Made by a program: the position numbers and the translations under genes. Positions 17,996 to 27,400 of a stretch of 64,000 nucleotides of DNA are shown one piece after another. The DNA is from an uncultured Chloroflexia bacterium. GTDB taxonomy: Bacteria > Chloroflexota > Limnocylindria > QHBO01. The stretch lies in NCBI GenBank assembly GCA_963790255.1, contig CAWBOA010000003.1, positions 177,825 to 241,824 on the forward strand, in the 5' to 3' direction. The notes below the pieces were generated by a model. That model searched no databases and was not told where the DNA came from. It saw only the letters and a program-made list of their open reading frames with translations. Every line of letters begins with the position of its first letter. The stretch's first letter is position 1.

Positions 17996-19563
17996 CCCGC
18001 GGCGGACTCGTCTTTCCGGCGGAAGACTCGCAGCACCGCGGTGGCAAGGACGTCGATCTCGGGCGCCCCGAGCCGTCGGCTGATGAGGGCATAGGCGACG
18101 AGGCCCCCGACGCCGAGGATGAGCAGGGCCGGGAGGGAGCCGATGCCGTCCGCGCGCACGAGGCCGAGCCAGGTCACCACCGCGATGGGAACACCCGGGA
18201 CGGAGATCGCAACCAGCGACCGCGCCAGCGTCGCCCAGAGGCCTGGCACGACCCCGCTGTCTTTCAGCTCGGCCAGGCGCGAGGCCAGGAAGATGGTGAG
18301 GAGCGCGCCCGTCAGCGACGTCGACAGCGCGATCCCGGCCGCACCGATGAGCGGCCCGAACAGCAGGTTGAGCAGCAGGTTGATGATCACGTTGATGGTG
18401 CCGGTCGCCAGCAGGACCCGCCCATGCCGGAGGGCGTTGTGGGCGCTGGTGAGGATGGGGGACACCATCAGCGCGAGGAGCAGGGGCGCGAACGCCGCGA
18501 CCACCGCGCTCGTCTGCGCCGCGTCGTCGGCGTCGAAGGCGCCACGGCCGTAGGCCACCTGGACCGCGAGCGGCGCGAGCGCCGCGGACAGGACGGCGAT
18601 CGGGACGAAGGCCGCCATGGCGTACCGCATCGCGCTCGCCGTCGAGCGTCCGAGGCTGTGCTCGTCATCGGCCTGCTGTGCCCCCTTGACGAGAGTCGGA
18701 TAGATGGCCGCTCCCCAGGCCGGGGCGATCGCGCCGATCGGCGTTCGCATGAGCGCCTCCCCATAGCGCAGCGCGCTCACCGCGCCGGGACCGATGAGGG
18801 ACGAGATCGCGCGATCCGCCACGGTGTTGAACTGCAGCAGTCCGGCGCTGAGCGACAGGGGCGTGGCGTGCGACACGAGCGCTCGCAAACCCACCTTGCG
18901 AGGCAGCAGCGCCGGGAGTGGAAGCGAGGAGGCGCGGAGGTCAGCGATGCCGAGGACCGCGACTCCGGCGATCGGCCCGGCGAGGTAGCCGAGGGCCAGG
19001 GCGTCGATGCCCAGTGCGGACCACAGGCCAATGGTCAGAACGAGCGTCGCGATCGGATAGGCGAACGTGGCGGCCGAGATGGAGAGGAAGCGCTCCTCCG
19101 CCTGACTCTGGGCCATCAGGATGCCCTGGGCGGCGCCGAAGACCGCGATCGGGGCGAGGAGCCGGAGATAGCCCGCCGCCAATCGCTGGCTCGGTGCGTC
19201 GAGGCCGAGGCCGATCACGCTTACGATCGCGTCCGCGTAGGCGAACAGCGCCAGCGCCACCAACCCTCCGCCGATGACCGCCCAGCCGAGGACCGCACCG
19301 ACAAGGCGTCGCGCCGAGTGGTGGCCGCGCTCGGAGTGGATCGCCGCGTAGGCCGGCACCAAAGCCGTGCCCGTGCCGCTGCTGAGGGCGCCGGCGAGCG
19401 TCGTTGGCAGGGCGAGCGCGATCAGCAGCGCGTCGAGCTGGCTGGACAGGCCGACCTGACTGGCGACGAACAGCTCCCGCGCCATGCTGAGCAGCTGGGC
19501 GGCCGCCGTCCCGCCGACGAGCACGGCCGCGGCGCGTGCGATCGATCTGAGCGGGAGCGTCAC
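17992..19563 (-). CDS. MurJ/MviN-family (MOP superfamily) lipid-linked glycan flippase
   Basis: About 14 predicted TM helices. The N-terminal LLSMARELFVASQVGLSSQLDALLIALALP matches the MurJ signature. GTG 19563 overlaps the stop of the upstream gene (GTGA). Confidence 0.8.
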   Translation of the reverse strand: MTLPLRSIARAAAVLVGGTAAAQLLSMARELFVASQVGLSSQLDALLIALALPTTLAGALSSGTGTALVPAYAAIHSERGHHSARRLVGAVLGWAVIGGGLVALALFAYADAIVSVIGLGLDAPSQRLAAGYLRLLAPIAVFGAAQGILMAQSQAEERFLSISAATFAYPIATLVLTIGLWSALGIDALALGYLAGPIAGVAVLGIADLRASSLPLPALLPRKVGLRALVSHATPLSLSAGLLQFNTVADRAISSLIGPGAVSALRYGEALMRTPIGAIAPAWGAAIYPTLVKGAQQADDEHSLGRSTASAMRYAMAAFVPIAVLSAALAPLAVQVAYGRGAFDADDAAQTSAVVAAFAPLLLALMVSPILTSAHNALRHGRVLLATGTINVIINLLLNLLFGPLIGAAGIALSTSLTGALLTIFLASRLAELKDSGVVPGLWATLARSLVAISVPGVPIAVVTWLGLVRADGIGSLPALLILGVGGLVAYALISRRLGAPEIDVLATAVLRVFRRKDESAAG

Positions 19564-21569
19564 CGTGCGCCGGCTCGGGCCGGCGCGGCTGCCACCGCAG
19601 GCGGCCGGGGCACGGGGCGACGGTCGACTGCCGGCGCGGCAGCCCGGCCCGACACGCCGGCGACTGCTCCCATGGTCAGCCAGATGAGTCCCGACGTCTG
19701 GAGGGATCCGAGTGGCTCGATGAGCAACGCCCCGGCCGCGAACGCGACGAGCGGTGCCAGCCCGACGTGGCGGGACCATCCGGGGCCGACAACCGACCGA
19801 GCGATCGCGAGCCCGGCGAGGGCCGCGAAGAGCGCCACGCCGAGAACCCCCTGCTCGGCCACAACGCTCAGGTACTCGTTGTGCGAGCTCGTCGCCGGGG
19901 AGCTCCCGACGAACCAGGCGGACTCCGCGTCGTACTGTCCGAATCCGGCGCCGAAGATCGGATCCTGGCGCCAGACCGGGATCGCGCTGAGCATCGCCTC
20001 GAACCGGCCGCTATCACTGATCTCGTCACCGAAATTCTCGGGCGCTGGCAGGCCCGACTCGGCGGTCCGCACCTCGAGGAGCGTCGGGATCAGGGTGATG
20101 AAGGCCGTCACCGCGATGAGGGCCAACGCGAGCCCGGCAACCTTGCTCCTGGTCCAGATCAGCGCGACGATCCCGAGGCCGGCTGCCAGCAGCGCCCCGC
20201 GGGAGAACGTGAGCAGCAGCCCGATCGCGATCGGGACCGACGCGAGCGCCAGGAGCCGCATGCGACCGCCCGTGGCAGCCAGCGCCAGGCTGAGGACGAC
20301 GGCCAGCGCGAGGAAGTAGCCAAAGTAATTCGGGTTGGAGAACGTCCCGTTGACCCGCGCGATGACGGCGCCCGGGCGTTCCATGATGAGGCCGCCGACC
20401 GGTAGGTCGGCCGATCCGGGGCCCGCGGTGTATTGCACGATGCCGAGGAGCCCGGCAAACGCTGCCGCGCAGACCACGAGGACGAGGTGGGGGCGTGGAT
20501 CCCGTCGCGAGAAGTAGGACCAGGAGACCGCCACGAGGACGATGCCCCCGCCAACCTGGAAGAGCCGCGCGGCGGCCTGCACCGTGCGGTCGGCGTCCAG
20601 GCCGGTGAGGACCGGGATCGCGGACACCGCGGAGACGGCGAGGTATCCGAACGCCAGCACTCCGAGAGCGGTCAGGCGGGGGCGCGAACGCGACGCCGCG
20701 GCCGCCAGGATGAGGCCGTAGGCGATGGCGCCCGTCAGCAGCGCCGGGTACGCCAGCCATGCGAAGCCGGGAGGCTCGGGCATCGGGATGGTCACGGCGA
20801 GGGTGGCCAGCCCCGCTCCCGGTGACACGACGGCCACCCCGACCGCGATCAGGGCCAGCGCCTGAACCGGTGCCGCCGGAAGCCTGAGCGCGATCCCGCC
20901 GAGGATTGCGACGCCGAGGACGGCGCCGACGATCAGGGCCCAGCGATCGATTTCACGAAAGCCGGGCGACGCCTGCGGTGCGGGCGCGTCGCGACGTCGT
21001 CGGCTGAACGCCAGTGCCGCGGCAAGCGCGAGGGCGCCGCCACCGACCGTACCGATCACCACGTTCCTGGCGAGATGCCGGTGGGACGACACGGCGGGGG
21101 CGACGGCGGTGGATACACGCTCTAACCGGATGCGCGCCAGGCTGTTGCGATCGTCGGTGATCGCGACGAGATTGTTGGCGGCCGCATTGGCGATGGCGGC
21201 CGCCCGCGAAGGATCGGCGTCCCGGGCAAAGAAGGTGATCACGAGGAGATCGGGGTGTCGCCGAGCCGAGACGGCTCCCACCATCTCGGCGATGCCCGCC
21301 GGCGGATCGAGGGCCAGACCGATCCGCCTGAGCTGCGGAGCGCCGACCGCGAGATCGCTGAGGACGTCCGCCTGGCGGAAGGCCGAACGGATTGCCGCCT
21401 CGGCGTGCCCCGGCTCGCCCTCCACGATCAGTCGCACATCCGCGGAGGCCGTGTAGTCGGGTGGTGAGATCGCGGACGTAGCCACGGCCGATGCAGAGCC
21501 GCCCAAGGCACCCCCCAGGCCGACGAGGACAAAGGCCACCAGGGCGCGGGCCGAGTTCCAATCGGTCAC
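19560..21569 (-). CDS. fusion protein: N-terminal Wzz-like (chain-length determinant) module plus C-terminal O-antigen polymerase/ligase (Wzy_C) domain
   Basis: The N-terminal 200 aa are TM - periplasmic segment with LLVITFFARDADPSRAAAIANAAANNLV - TM. A polytopic region follows with FSNPNYFGYFLA, LLTFSRGALL and SSHNEYLSVVAEQG (O-antigen ligase family). The proposed start is GTG 21569, 5 nt after the upstream stop; the ORF is also open to ATG 21662. Confidence 0.7.
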   Translation of the reverse strand: MTDWNSARALVAFVLVGLGGALGGSASAVATSAISPPDYTASADVRLIVEGEPGHAEAAIRSAFRQADVLSDLAVGAPQLRRIGLALDPPAGIAEMVGAVSARRHPDLLVITFFARDADPSRAAAIANAAANNLVAITDDRNSLARIRLERVSTAVAPAVSSHRHLARNVVIGTVGGGALALAAALAFSRRRRDAPAPQASPGFREIDRWALIVGAVLGVAILGGIALRLPAAPVQALALIAVGVAVVSPGAGLATLAVTIPMPEPPGFAWLAYPALLTGAIAYGLILAAAASRSRPRLTALGVLAFGYLAVSAVSAIPVLTGLDADRTVQAAARLFQVGGGIVLVAVSWSYFSRRDPRPHLVLVVCAAAFAGLLGIVQYTAGPGSADLPVGGLIMERPGAVIARVNGTFSNPNYFGYFLALAVVLSLALAATGGRMRLLALASVPIAIGLLLTFSRGALLAAGLGIVALIWTRSKVAGLALALIAVTAFITLIPTLLEVRTAESGLPAPENFGDEISDSGRFEAMLSAIPVWRQDPIFGAGFGQYDAESAWFVGSSPATSSHNEYLSVVAEQGVLGVALFAALAGLAIARSVVGPGWSRHVGLAPLVAFAAGALLIEPLGSLQTSGLIWLTMGAVAGVSGRAAAPAVDRRPVPRPPAVAAAPARAGAR

Positions 21570-21573
21570 GGAC

Positions 21574-22416
21574 TCAGGCCGGTTCCGCACCCGGATCGCG
21601 CGATCGACGCAGGCTGGCGACGGCGTAGACGAAGAACGCGGCGACTGCCGCAGCCGAAGCACCGGCCGCGCCGACGATGATGGTGCGGCTCGGCCCAGCG
21701 GGAGCGAGGGGAGCGCGCGCGGGGTCGATCAGGGTCAACGCGTTCGGTGACCGGCTCGCGAGCTCGTCATTCAGCGAAACCCGTGCGATCTCCAGCGCCT
21801 CGAGTCGCTGCTGCAGCTGTGACACGTTGTTCCGCTGCGCCGCGGTGAGGGTCGGGAGCGAAAGGAGGTCCAGGAGCTCCTGTCGGGCGATGGCTACCTC
21901 CGCGTCCAGCTCCGCGAGCTCCGCCTCGAGGCCCGCCTGGTCGATCCGCTCCGCGGGCGCCCGAAGGACGAGCTCTTGAGCGACCGCGTTCGTCAACGCT
22001 GCAGCGTCCTCCGGCGTATCCGCGGTCGCCCGGATGCTGATCAGGGTGCCGCCCGGGGGGGCCTCCGCCTCAACGCTGCTCGCGAGCGATTCCGGCGGTC
22101 CGTCCAGTTCGAGGGTACGTGCGACCGCTTCCAGAAGATCGGTCGACGTCGCGAGCCGGACGTAGGTCGGAGTCAGCAGCTGCGAGGCGAGGAGCCCGCC
22201 ATAGTCGAAGCTGGGCTCCGTGAGCGACTGGCCGACATAGAGCGTTGCGGTCGCCGTCCAGCGACGCTGCAGCGTTCCGCTCACGGCGATCGCGACCAGC
22301 ACCGCGACGATGACCGACGCCAGGATGATCGGCAACCCACTCTCGATCAGGGCTCGGTGACGTCGCACCGGCAGTGGCCCAGGGGCCGCCTGCGCGAAGG
22401 CGGAGCTGCTTCTCAT
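21574..22416 (-). CDS. Wzz-like polysaccharide chain-length determinant (PCP) protein
   Basis: N- and C-terminal TM helices flank a segment with LISIRATADTPEDAAALTNAVAQELV and a coiled-coil-like region (LEAELAELDAEVAIARQELLDLL). GGAGAA lies 8 nt upstream of the ATG. Confidence 0.75.
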   Translation of the reverse strand: MRSSSAFAQAAPGPLPVRRHRALIESGLPIILASVIVAVLVAIAVSGTLQRRWTATATLYVGQSLTEPSFDYGGLLASQLLTPTYVRLATSTDLLEAVARTLELDGPPESLASSVEAEAPPGGTLISIRATADTPEDAAALTNAVAQELVLRAPAERIDQAGLEAELAELDAEVAIARQELLDLLSLPTLTAAQRNNVSQLQQRLEALEIARVSLNDELASRSPNALTLIDPARAPLAPAGPSRTIIVGAAGASAAAVAAFFVYAVASLRRSRDPGAEPA

Positions 22417-22440
22417 CTTCCCGATTCTCCGGTCATCCGA

Positions 22441-22560
22441 TCAGTCATGCTGTCGACGGCGAAGCCGTCCGATCCCAACGAACGTCAGCCTGGCGAGGAC
22501 CACCAGCAGTGCCGCGCCCGCGCCGATCGCGGCGCCGAGCAGGACATCGCCGGGACTCAT
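22441..22560 (-). CDS. possible 39-aa single-TM peptide (MSPGDVLLGAAIGAGAALLVVLARLTFVGIGRLRRRQHD)
   Basis: Found by manual translation; it is below the ORF-track length cutoff. GC3-rich codons, and its stop sits immediately before the wzz RBS. Its own RBS is poor. Confidence 0.25.
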   Translation of the reverse strand: MSPGDVLLGAAIGAGAALLVVLARLTFVGIGRLRRRQHD

Positions 22561-22657
22561 GCCTCGTCGGCACGGGATCGAAGGGTCATCTCACGACAGG
22601 TCTGCGGCTTCAGGCGCGGAGTATATCGTCGGCTCGATCGCGAGACGTTTCGCGCGA

Positions 22658-23773
22658 TCACCACCCGAGGAGCTCGTCGAGCTGGCGATGGACGACGTCG
22701 AGGTCGAAGCGTTGCTCCGCGATGCGGCGGCTGGCGAGGCCCATCTCTCGCACGCGATCGGGCTGGACGGCAAGCTCGGCCATGGCGGCTGCCAGGGCGC
22801 CCGCGTCGCGAGCTGGCACCAGCAGCCCGTTGGTGCCCTGGATCACCGTCTCTCGGCACCCCGAGACATCGGTTGTCACGATGGCACGTCCAGTCGCCAT
22901 CGCCTCAAGAGTACTGCGGGGCATGCCCTCTCGATACGACGGCAGGACGAATACCGCCGCGCGCCGCAGCCACGGGCGCACATCGTCCACCGCGCCCGCC
23001 CACTCGATCGTGCCGTCATCCACGTAGCCTTGGACCGTGCGACGATCGAGCGAGCTCGGGTTCGCGTCAACGTCGCCGACGAGGAGGAAGCTGGCTTCCG
23101 GCACCCGCGCCTTGACCATGCGCGCCGCCTCCATGTACTCGCCGATCCCCTTGTTGCGGAGAAGCCGGGACACCGCCACGAAGACCGGCTCCCGGACCGG
23201 CGGGGCCTGAGCGAACGCCACCGTATCGACGCCCGAGCCATCCACGTACCCGGCGCGCTCCGCGCGGCAGATGCCGGCCTCCACGAACGCGTGCATGTCG
23301 TCCTTGTTGTGGAACACGACGCGATGGTTGAGGGCGAGCGCCGCCCGGTACTCCGCCGTCGCGACCATGCGGACGACGCGCTTGCGATACCCTGCCGGCC
23401 CCGCGTCGTCGATGAACGCGGAGCCGAGTCCGCTGATGAGCGCATAGCGCCGACGGACGCCGGCCACGGCGGCCGCAAACGTTCCCAGCGTCACCGGCTT
23501 GATCGTGTTGGTGAGGATTGCGTCCAGTCGCAGCCGCCTCAGCGTGCGGGCGAGTCGCACCGTGTCCCTGACGTCGACGAACGGGTTGAGCCCGGTCGGC
23601 TGGAGGGAGAAGTCGGCGGCTTCGATCCCCAGCGCGTTCAGCTCGGCCAGGTGCGAGGGGCCGAGGCGCGGGGCCATGGCCACGACGTCGAAGCGTTCCC
23701 GCAGGTGGCGCAGGAGGGGCAGCCGCAACCCGAGGAGGTAGCCCGCATTGCTGTGGACAACCCCGATCCTCAT
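22658..23773 (-). CDS. glycosyltransferase family 4
   Basis: MRIGVVHSNAGYLLGLRLPL... N-terminal domain and C-terminal PSYREGMPRSTLEAMATGRAIVTTDVSGCRETV..GTNG. Confidence 0.85.
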   Translation of the reverse strand: MRIGVVHSNAGYLLGLRLPLLRHLRERFDVVAMAPRLGPSHLAELNALGIEAADFSLQPTGLNPFVDVRDTVRLARTLRRLRLDAILTNTIKPVTLGTFAAAVAGVRRRYALISGLGSAFIDDAGPAGYRKRVVRMVATAEYRAALALNHRVVFHNKDDMHAFVEAGICRAERAGYVDGSGVDTVAFAQAPPVREPVFVAVSRLLRNKGIGEYMEAARMVKARVPEASFLLVGDVDANPSSLDRRTVQGYVDDGTIEWAGAVDDVRPWLRRAAVFVLPSYREGMPRSTLEAMATGRAIVTTDVSGCRETVIQGTNGLLVPARDAGALAAAMAELAVQPDRVREMGLASRRIAEQRFDLDVVHRQLDELLGW

Positions 23774-23948
23774 CCCACATTGCGGCGGGCAGGACCGCCG
23801 GCGATGAAGGGCTGCGGACGCATCGGCGCAGAGGATACCCTGTCGTGCCGGTCGTCCCGCGACGCAAAGTTATCCACCGAATCGCCCACCCGCACCACAA
23901 CGTGGAAAATATCGCTGGCGCTCGGGGCCGTGAGGACCGTACAGTTGC

Positions 23949-24329
23949 ATGCGCGGTCGTCCCCGGCCGTTCCCGTACTGGAGTCCGTGCCCGTTGCCGA
24001 AACCCGAGCGACGAGAGCCAGCAAACCGCCGACCCGTCGGGACCAGCCCGACGCGCACGCCACGCCCGGTCACGGACCGTCACCTTGAGATCCTCGCCAA
24101 TGCGGCGCAAGGGCGGACCAACCGGCAGATCGGCGCGGCCCTCGGCATCAGCGAGCGCACCGTCCGCAACCACATGCGGGAGATCCTGAAACGCCTCGCG
24201 ACGCGGGATCGGACCCATGCGGTCGTGGTCGCCATCGGCAACGGTTGGATCGCGATTCCGATCCAACCGGATCCTGAGGGATCGTCCATGCCCGCTACGC
24301 CGACGGTGACCACCGAATCCACCGCCTGA
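23949..24329 (+). CDS. stand-alone LuxR/GerE-type HTH transcriptional regulator
   Basis: The C-terminal 65 aa (LEILANAAQGRTNRQIGAALGISERTVRNHMREILKRLATRDRTHAVV) form a canonical GerE HTH. No receiver or ligand domain is present. The true start may lie downstream of ATG 23949. Confidence 0.65.
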   Translation: MRGRPRPFPYWSPCPLPKPERREPANRRPVGTSPTRTPRPVTDRHLEILANAAQGRTNRQIGAALGISERTVRNHMREILKRLATRDRTHAVVVAIGNGWIAIPIQPDPEGSSMPATPTVTTESTA

Positions 24330-24362
24330 CGCCGCAAGGCGTCGACCGCGGGCACCGAGGTC

Positions 24363-24392
24363 TTGACGGCCCGTTTCTCGGCGGGGTACGGT
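24363..24392 (+). promoter_or_regulatory. candidate promoter TTGACG-N18-TACGGT upstream of the giant secreted-protein gene
   Basis: -35-like hexamer at 24363-24368 and TAnnnT -10-like hexamer at 24387-24392, about 65 nt upstream of ATG 24459. Confidence 0.35.
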
Positions 24393-24458
24393 CGGGCCCA
24401 CGCGGATGGCGGTCCTGACGCTCGATCTGATTACGGTCGCCTGGGTCGAGCAGAGCCA

Positions 24459-27400
24459 ATGGCGAGCCCGAGCCATCCGCAGGTGGGGAGCGTGCCCGAG
24501 CCTGTGCGCCACCTGCGTGGAGTTCTTGTCGCGACCGTCACAGCGGGCCTGCTGCTCCCGGTGTCGCCTCCCGCGCCCGCCGCGGCTGGACCCGAGCAGC
24601 CGGGATTCTCCGACACCGCGGTCCTGACCGGGCTGACCCAGCCGACCGCCGTCGAGTTCTCGCCCGACGGGCGCGTCTTCGTGGCGCAGAAGAACGGCAT
24701 CATCCGCGTCTTCTCGAGCGTGACCGCCACGACATCGACGGTGTTCGCCGACCTGCGGACCCGCGTGCACGACTTCTGGGACCGCGGGCTCCTCGGCCTC
24801 GCGCTCCATCCGAACTTCCCCACCGACGGCCGCGTCTACGTTTTGTATACGCACGACGCCCTGATCGGCGGCGTGGCGCCGCGCTGGGGGGACACGTGCC
24901 CGACCCCACCTGGGGCCACGGGCGATGGGTGCGTGGTCAGCGGGCGGCTGTCCGTGCTCGTTGCCAGTGGGAGCACGGCGGGGCCCGAGACTGTGCTGAT
25001 CGAGGACTGGTGCCAGCAGTACCCCAGCCACTCGATCGGCGACCTTCGGTTCGGACCGGATGGCGCCCTGTACGCGTCGGGTGGTGAGGGCGCCAGCTTC
25101 ACCTTCGCCGACTACGGTCAGGGCGGAGGTTCCGCGAACAGCCCCACCGTGCGCAATCCGTGCGGCGACCCGCCGGTTCCGGCCGGGGGAACGCCGACCG
25201 TCCCGACCGCCGAGGGTGGCGCGCTCCGCAGCCAGGACCTTCGCACCAGCGGCGACGCCACGACGCTGGATGGATCCATCCTGCGGCTGAATCCTGACAC
25301 CGGCGCGGCGATGGCGGGCAACCCGCTGGCTGGTTCGTCGGATCCGAACGCGGCGAGGGTGGTCGCCCACGGGCTGCGGAATCCGTTCCGGTTCACGATT
25401 CGGCCCGGGACCAACGAGGTGTGGGCCGGCGACGTTGGGTGGAGCTCCTGGGAGGAGATCAACCGCATCGTCCCCTCGACATCGGCCGTGCGGAACTTCG
25501 GATGGCCATGCTACGAGGGCTCGACCAATCGACCTGGCACCTACCGGGACACGAACATCTGCGTCGGGCTGTACGCGGCGGGGGCCACCGCAGTGCAGAC
25601 ACCGTACTTCCAGTACGCCCATGGACAGCAGGTGGCGAACGAAACGTGCTCCACCGGCAGCGGTTCCTCGATCACCGGGCTGGCCTTCTATTCGGCCGGC
25701 ACGTACCCGGCGCAGTACAACGGCGCCCTCTTCTTCGCCGACTATTCCCGCCGATGCATCTGGGTCATGTTCCCCGGTTCCAACGGCCTCCCGGATCCGG
25801 CGACGCGAACGACGTTCATCTCAAGTGCTGCGGCGCCCGTCCAGCTGAAGATCGGTCCCGGCGGCGACCTGTTCTACGCCGACTTCAGCGGCGGAACCAT
25901 TCACCGCGTTCGGTACGTGACCGCCAACCAGCCCCCCGTCGCCGCGATCCAGGCGACGCCGACGAGTGGGCCCGCGCCCCTCACCGTCACCTTCGACGGG
26001 AGAAGCAGCAGCGATCCCGAATCGGGAGCCCTCGCCTACTCCTGGGACCTGAACGGCGACGGCGTCTTCGGCGACGCAACGACATCCGTCGCGACGCAGC
26101 AGTACCAGGCAGGGATCTACACCGTGCGGCTCAGGGTCACCGATCCGGCCGGCGCGACCGGGCTCGCGTCGGTCCAGATCGAGGCCGGCTCGACCGGTGC
26201 CGTGCGATACCTGAGCGACCTCCCCTTCACCTCTGAGACCAACGGCTGGGGCCCGGTGGAGCGCGACCGCAGCAACGGGGAGCCGGGTGCCACTGACGGC
26301 CGACCGATCACCCTGAACGGGGTGGTGTACGCCAAGGGCATCGGCGCCCACGCGGCCTCCGACGTCCGGCTGCTGGTGCCGGCTGACTGCACCCGCCTGC
26401 TCGTCGCGATCGGCGTCGACGACGAGGTCCTCGCCCAGGGCAGCGTGGGCTTCGAGGTCTACACCAATAGCACTCTGCGCTTCTCCAGCCCGGTCATGAC
26501 CGGCGCCTCCGCCACCCAGCTCGTCGACCTGTCCGTCACGCCCGGCCAGACCCTGCGTCTGGTGGCCACCAACGGCGGCGACAACGTCAACTACGACCAC
26601 GCGGACTGGGCTGATGCCCGATTCGTGTGCGGCGCTGGCAACACGCCGCCGACGGCGCGCATCGATCTTCCGGGTCCCGATACGACCTGGACCGCGACCG
26701 ACGTGATCTTCTTCACGGGTCGGGGGCTCGACAACGAGGAGGGCCAGCTCCCGAGCGGATCGATGGTCTGGGACGTTGTGCTGCACCACTGCATCACGCC
26801 CGGCGAGTGCCACGAGCATCCGCTCAAATCCGTCGCCGGCGCGGCGAGCGGGACCTTCGAGGCGCAGGATCACGAGTATCCGGCGCTGCTCGAGATCCGC
26901 CTCCGAGTGACGGATGGCGGCGGGCTGAGCGACACCGCCAGCGTGATCCTCGAGCCGCAGACGAGCGACCTGACCTTCGCCACGGAACCGACGGGCCTGG
27001 AGCTCACGGTCGGGAGTGAGGCAGCGCAGGTGGCACCGTTCACGCACCGCATGATCGTCGGCGGCCAGACCAGCGTCAGCGCTCCGCTCGTGCAGGTCAG
27101 GAACGGGATCAGCTACGAGTTCATCGGCTGGGCCGATGCACCCGATGCGAACCGCCAGATCGTTGCGGGAGCCAGTCCGGCCACCTACACCGCCAGATAC
27201 GAGGCCGCTGGGCAGGTCTCGACGACCTACCTGAGCGACCTTCCCTTCACCCTCCAGACCAACGGCTGGGGTCCCGTCGAGCGCGATCGCAGCAATGGTG
27301 ACATCGGCGCCGCCGATGGCCGACCGATCACCGTGAACGGGGTGGTGTACGCCAAGGGCATCGGCGCCCACGCGGCGTCCGACGTTCGCCTGGTGGTGCC

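Noticed and set aside
23067-25622. Very long ORFs antisense to, or out of frame with, recognisable genes. Examples: 23067-25622 (-, 851 aa), 17941-20319 (+, 792 aa), 38403-40862 (+, 819 aa), 11396-13102 (-, 568 aa), 50069-51835 (-, 588 aa), and the 5' two-thirds of 41747-44797 (-).
   Set aside because: Their translations are Arg/Gly/Pro/Ala-rich low-complexity strings with no motifs. Each overlaps a gene with clear family signatures in another frame. Long spurious ORFs are expected in very GC-rich DNA because stop codons are AT-rich.
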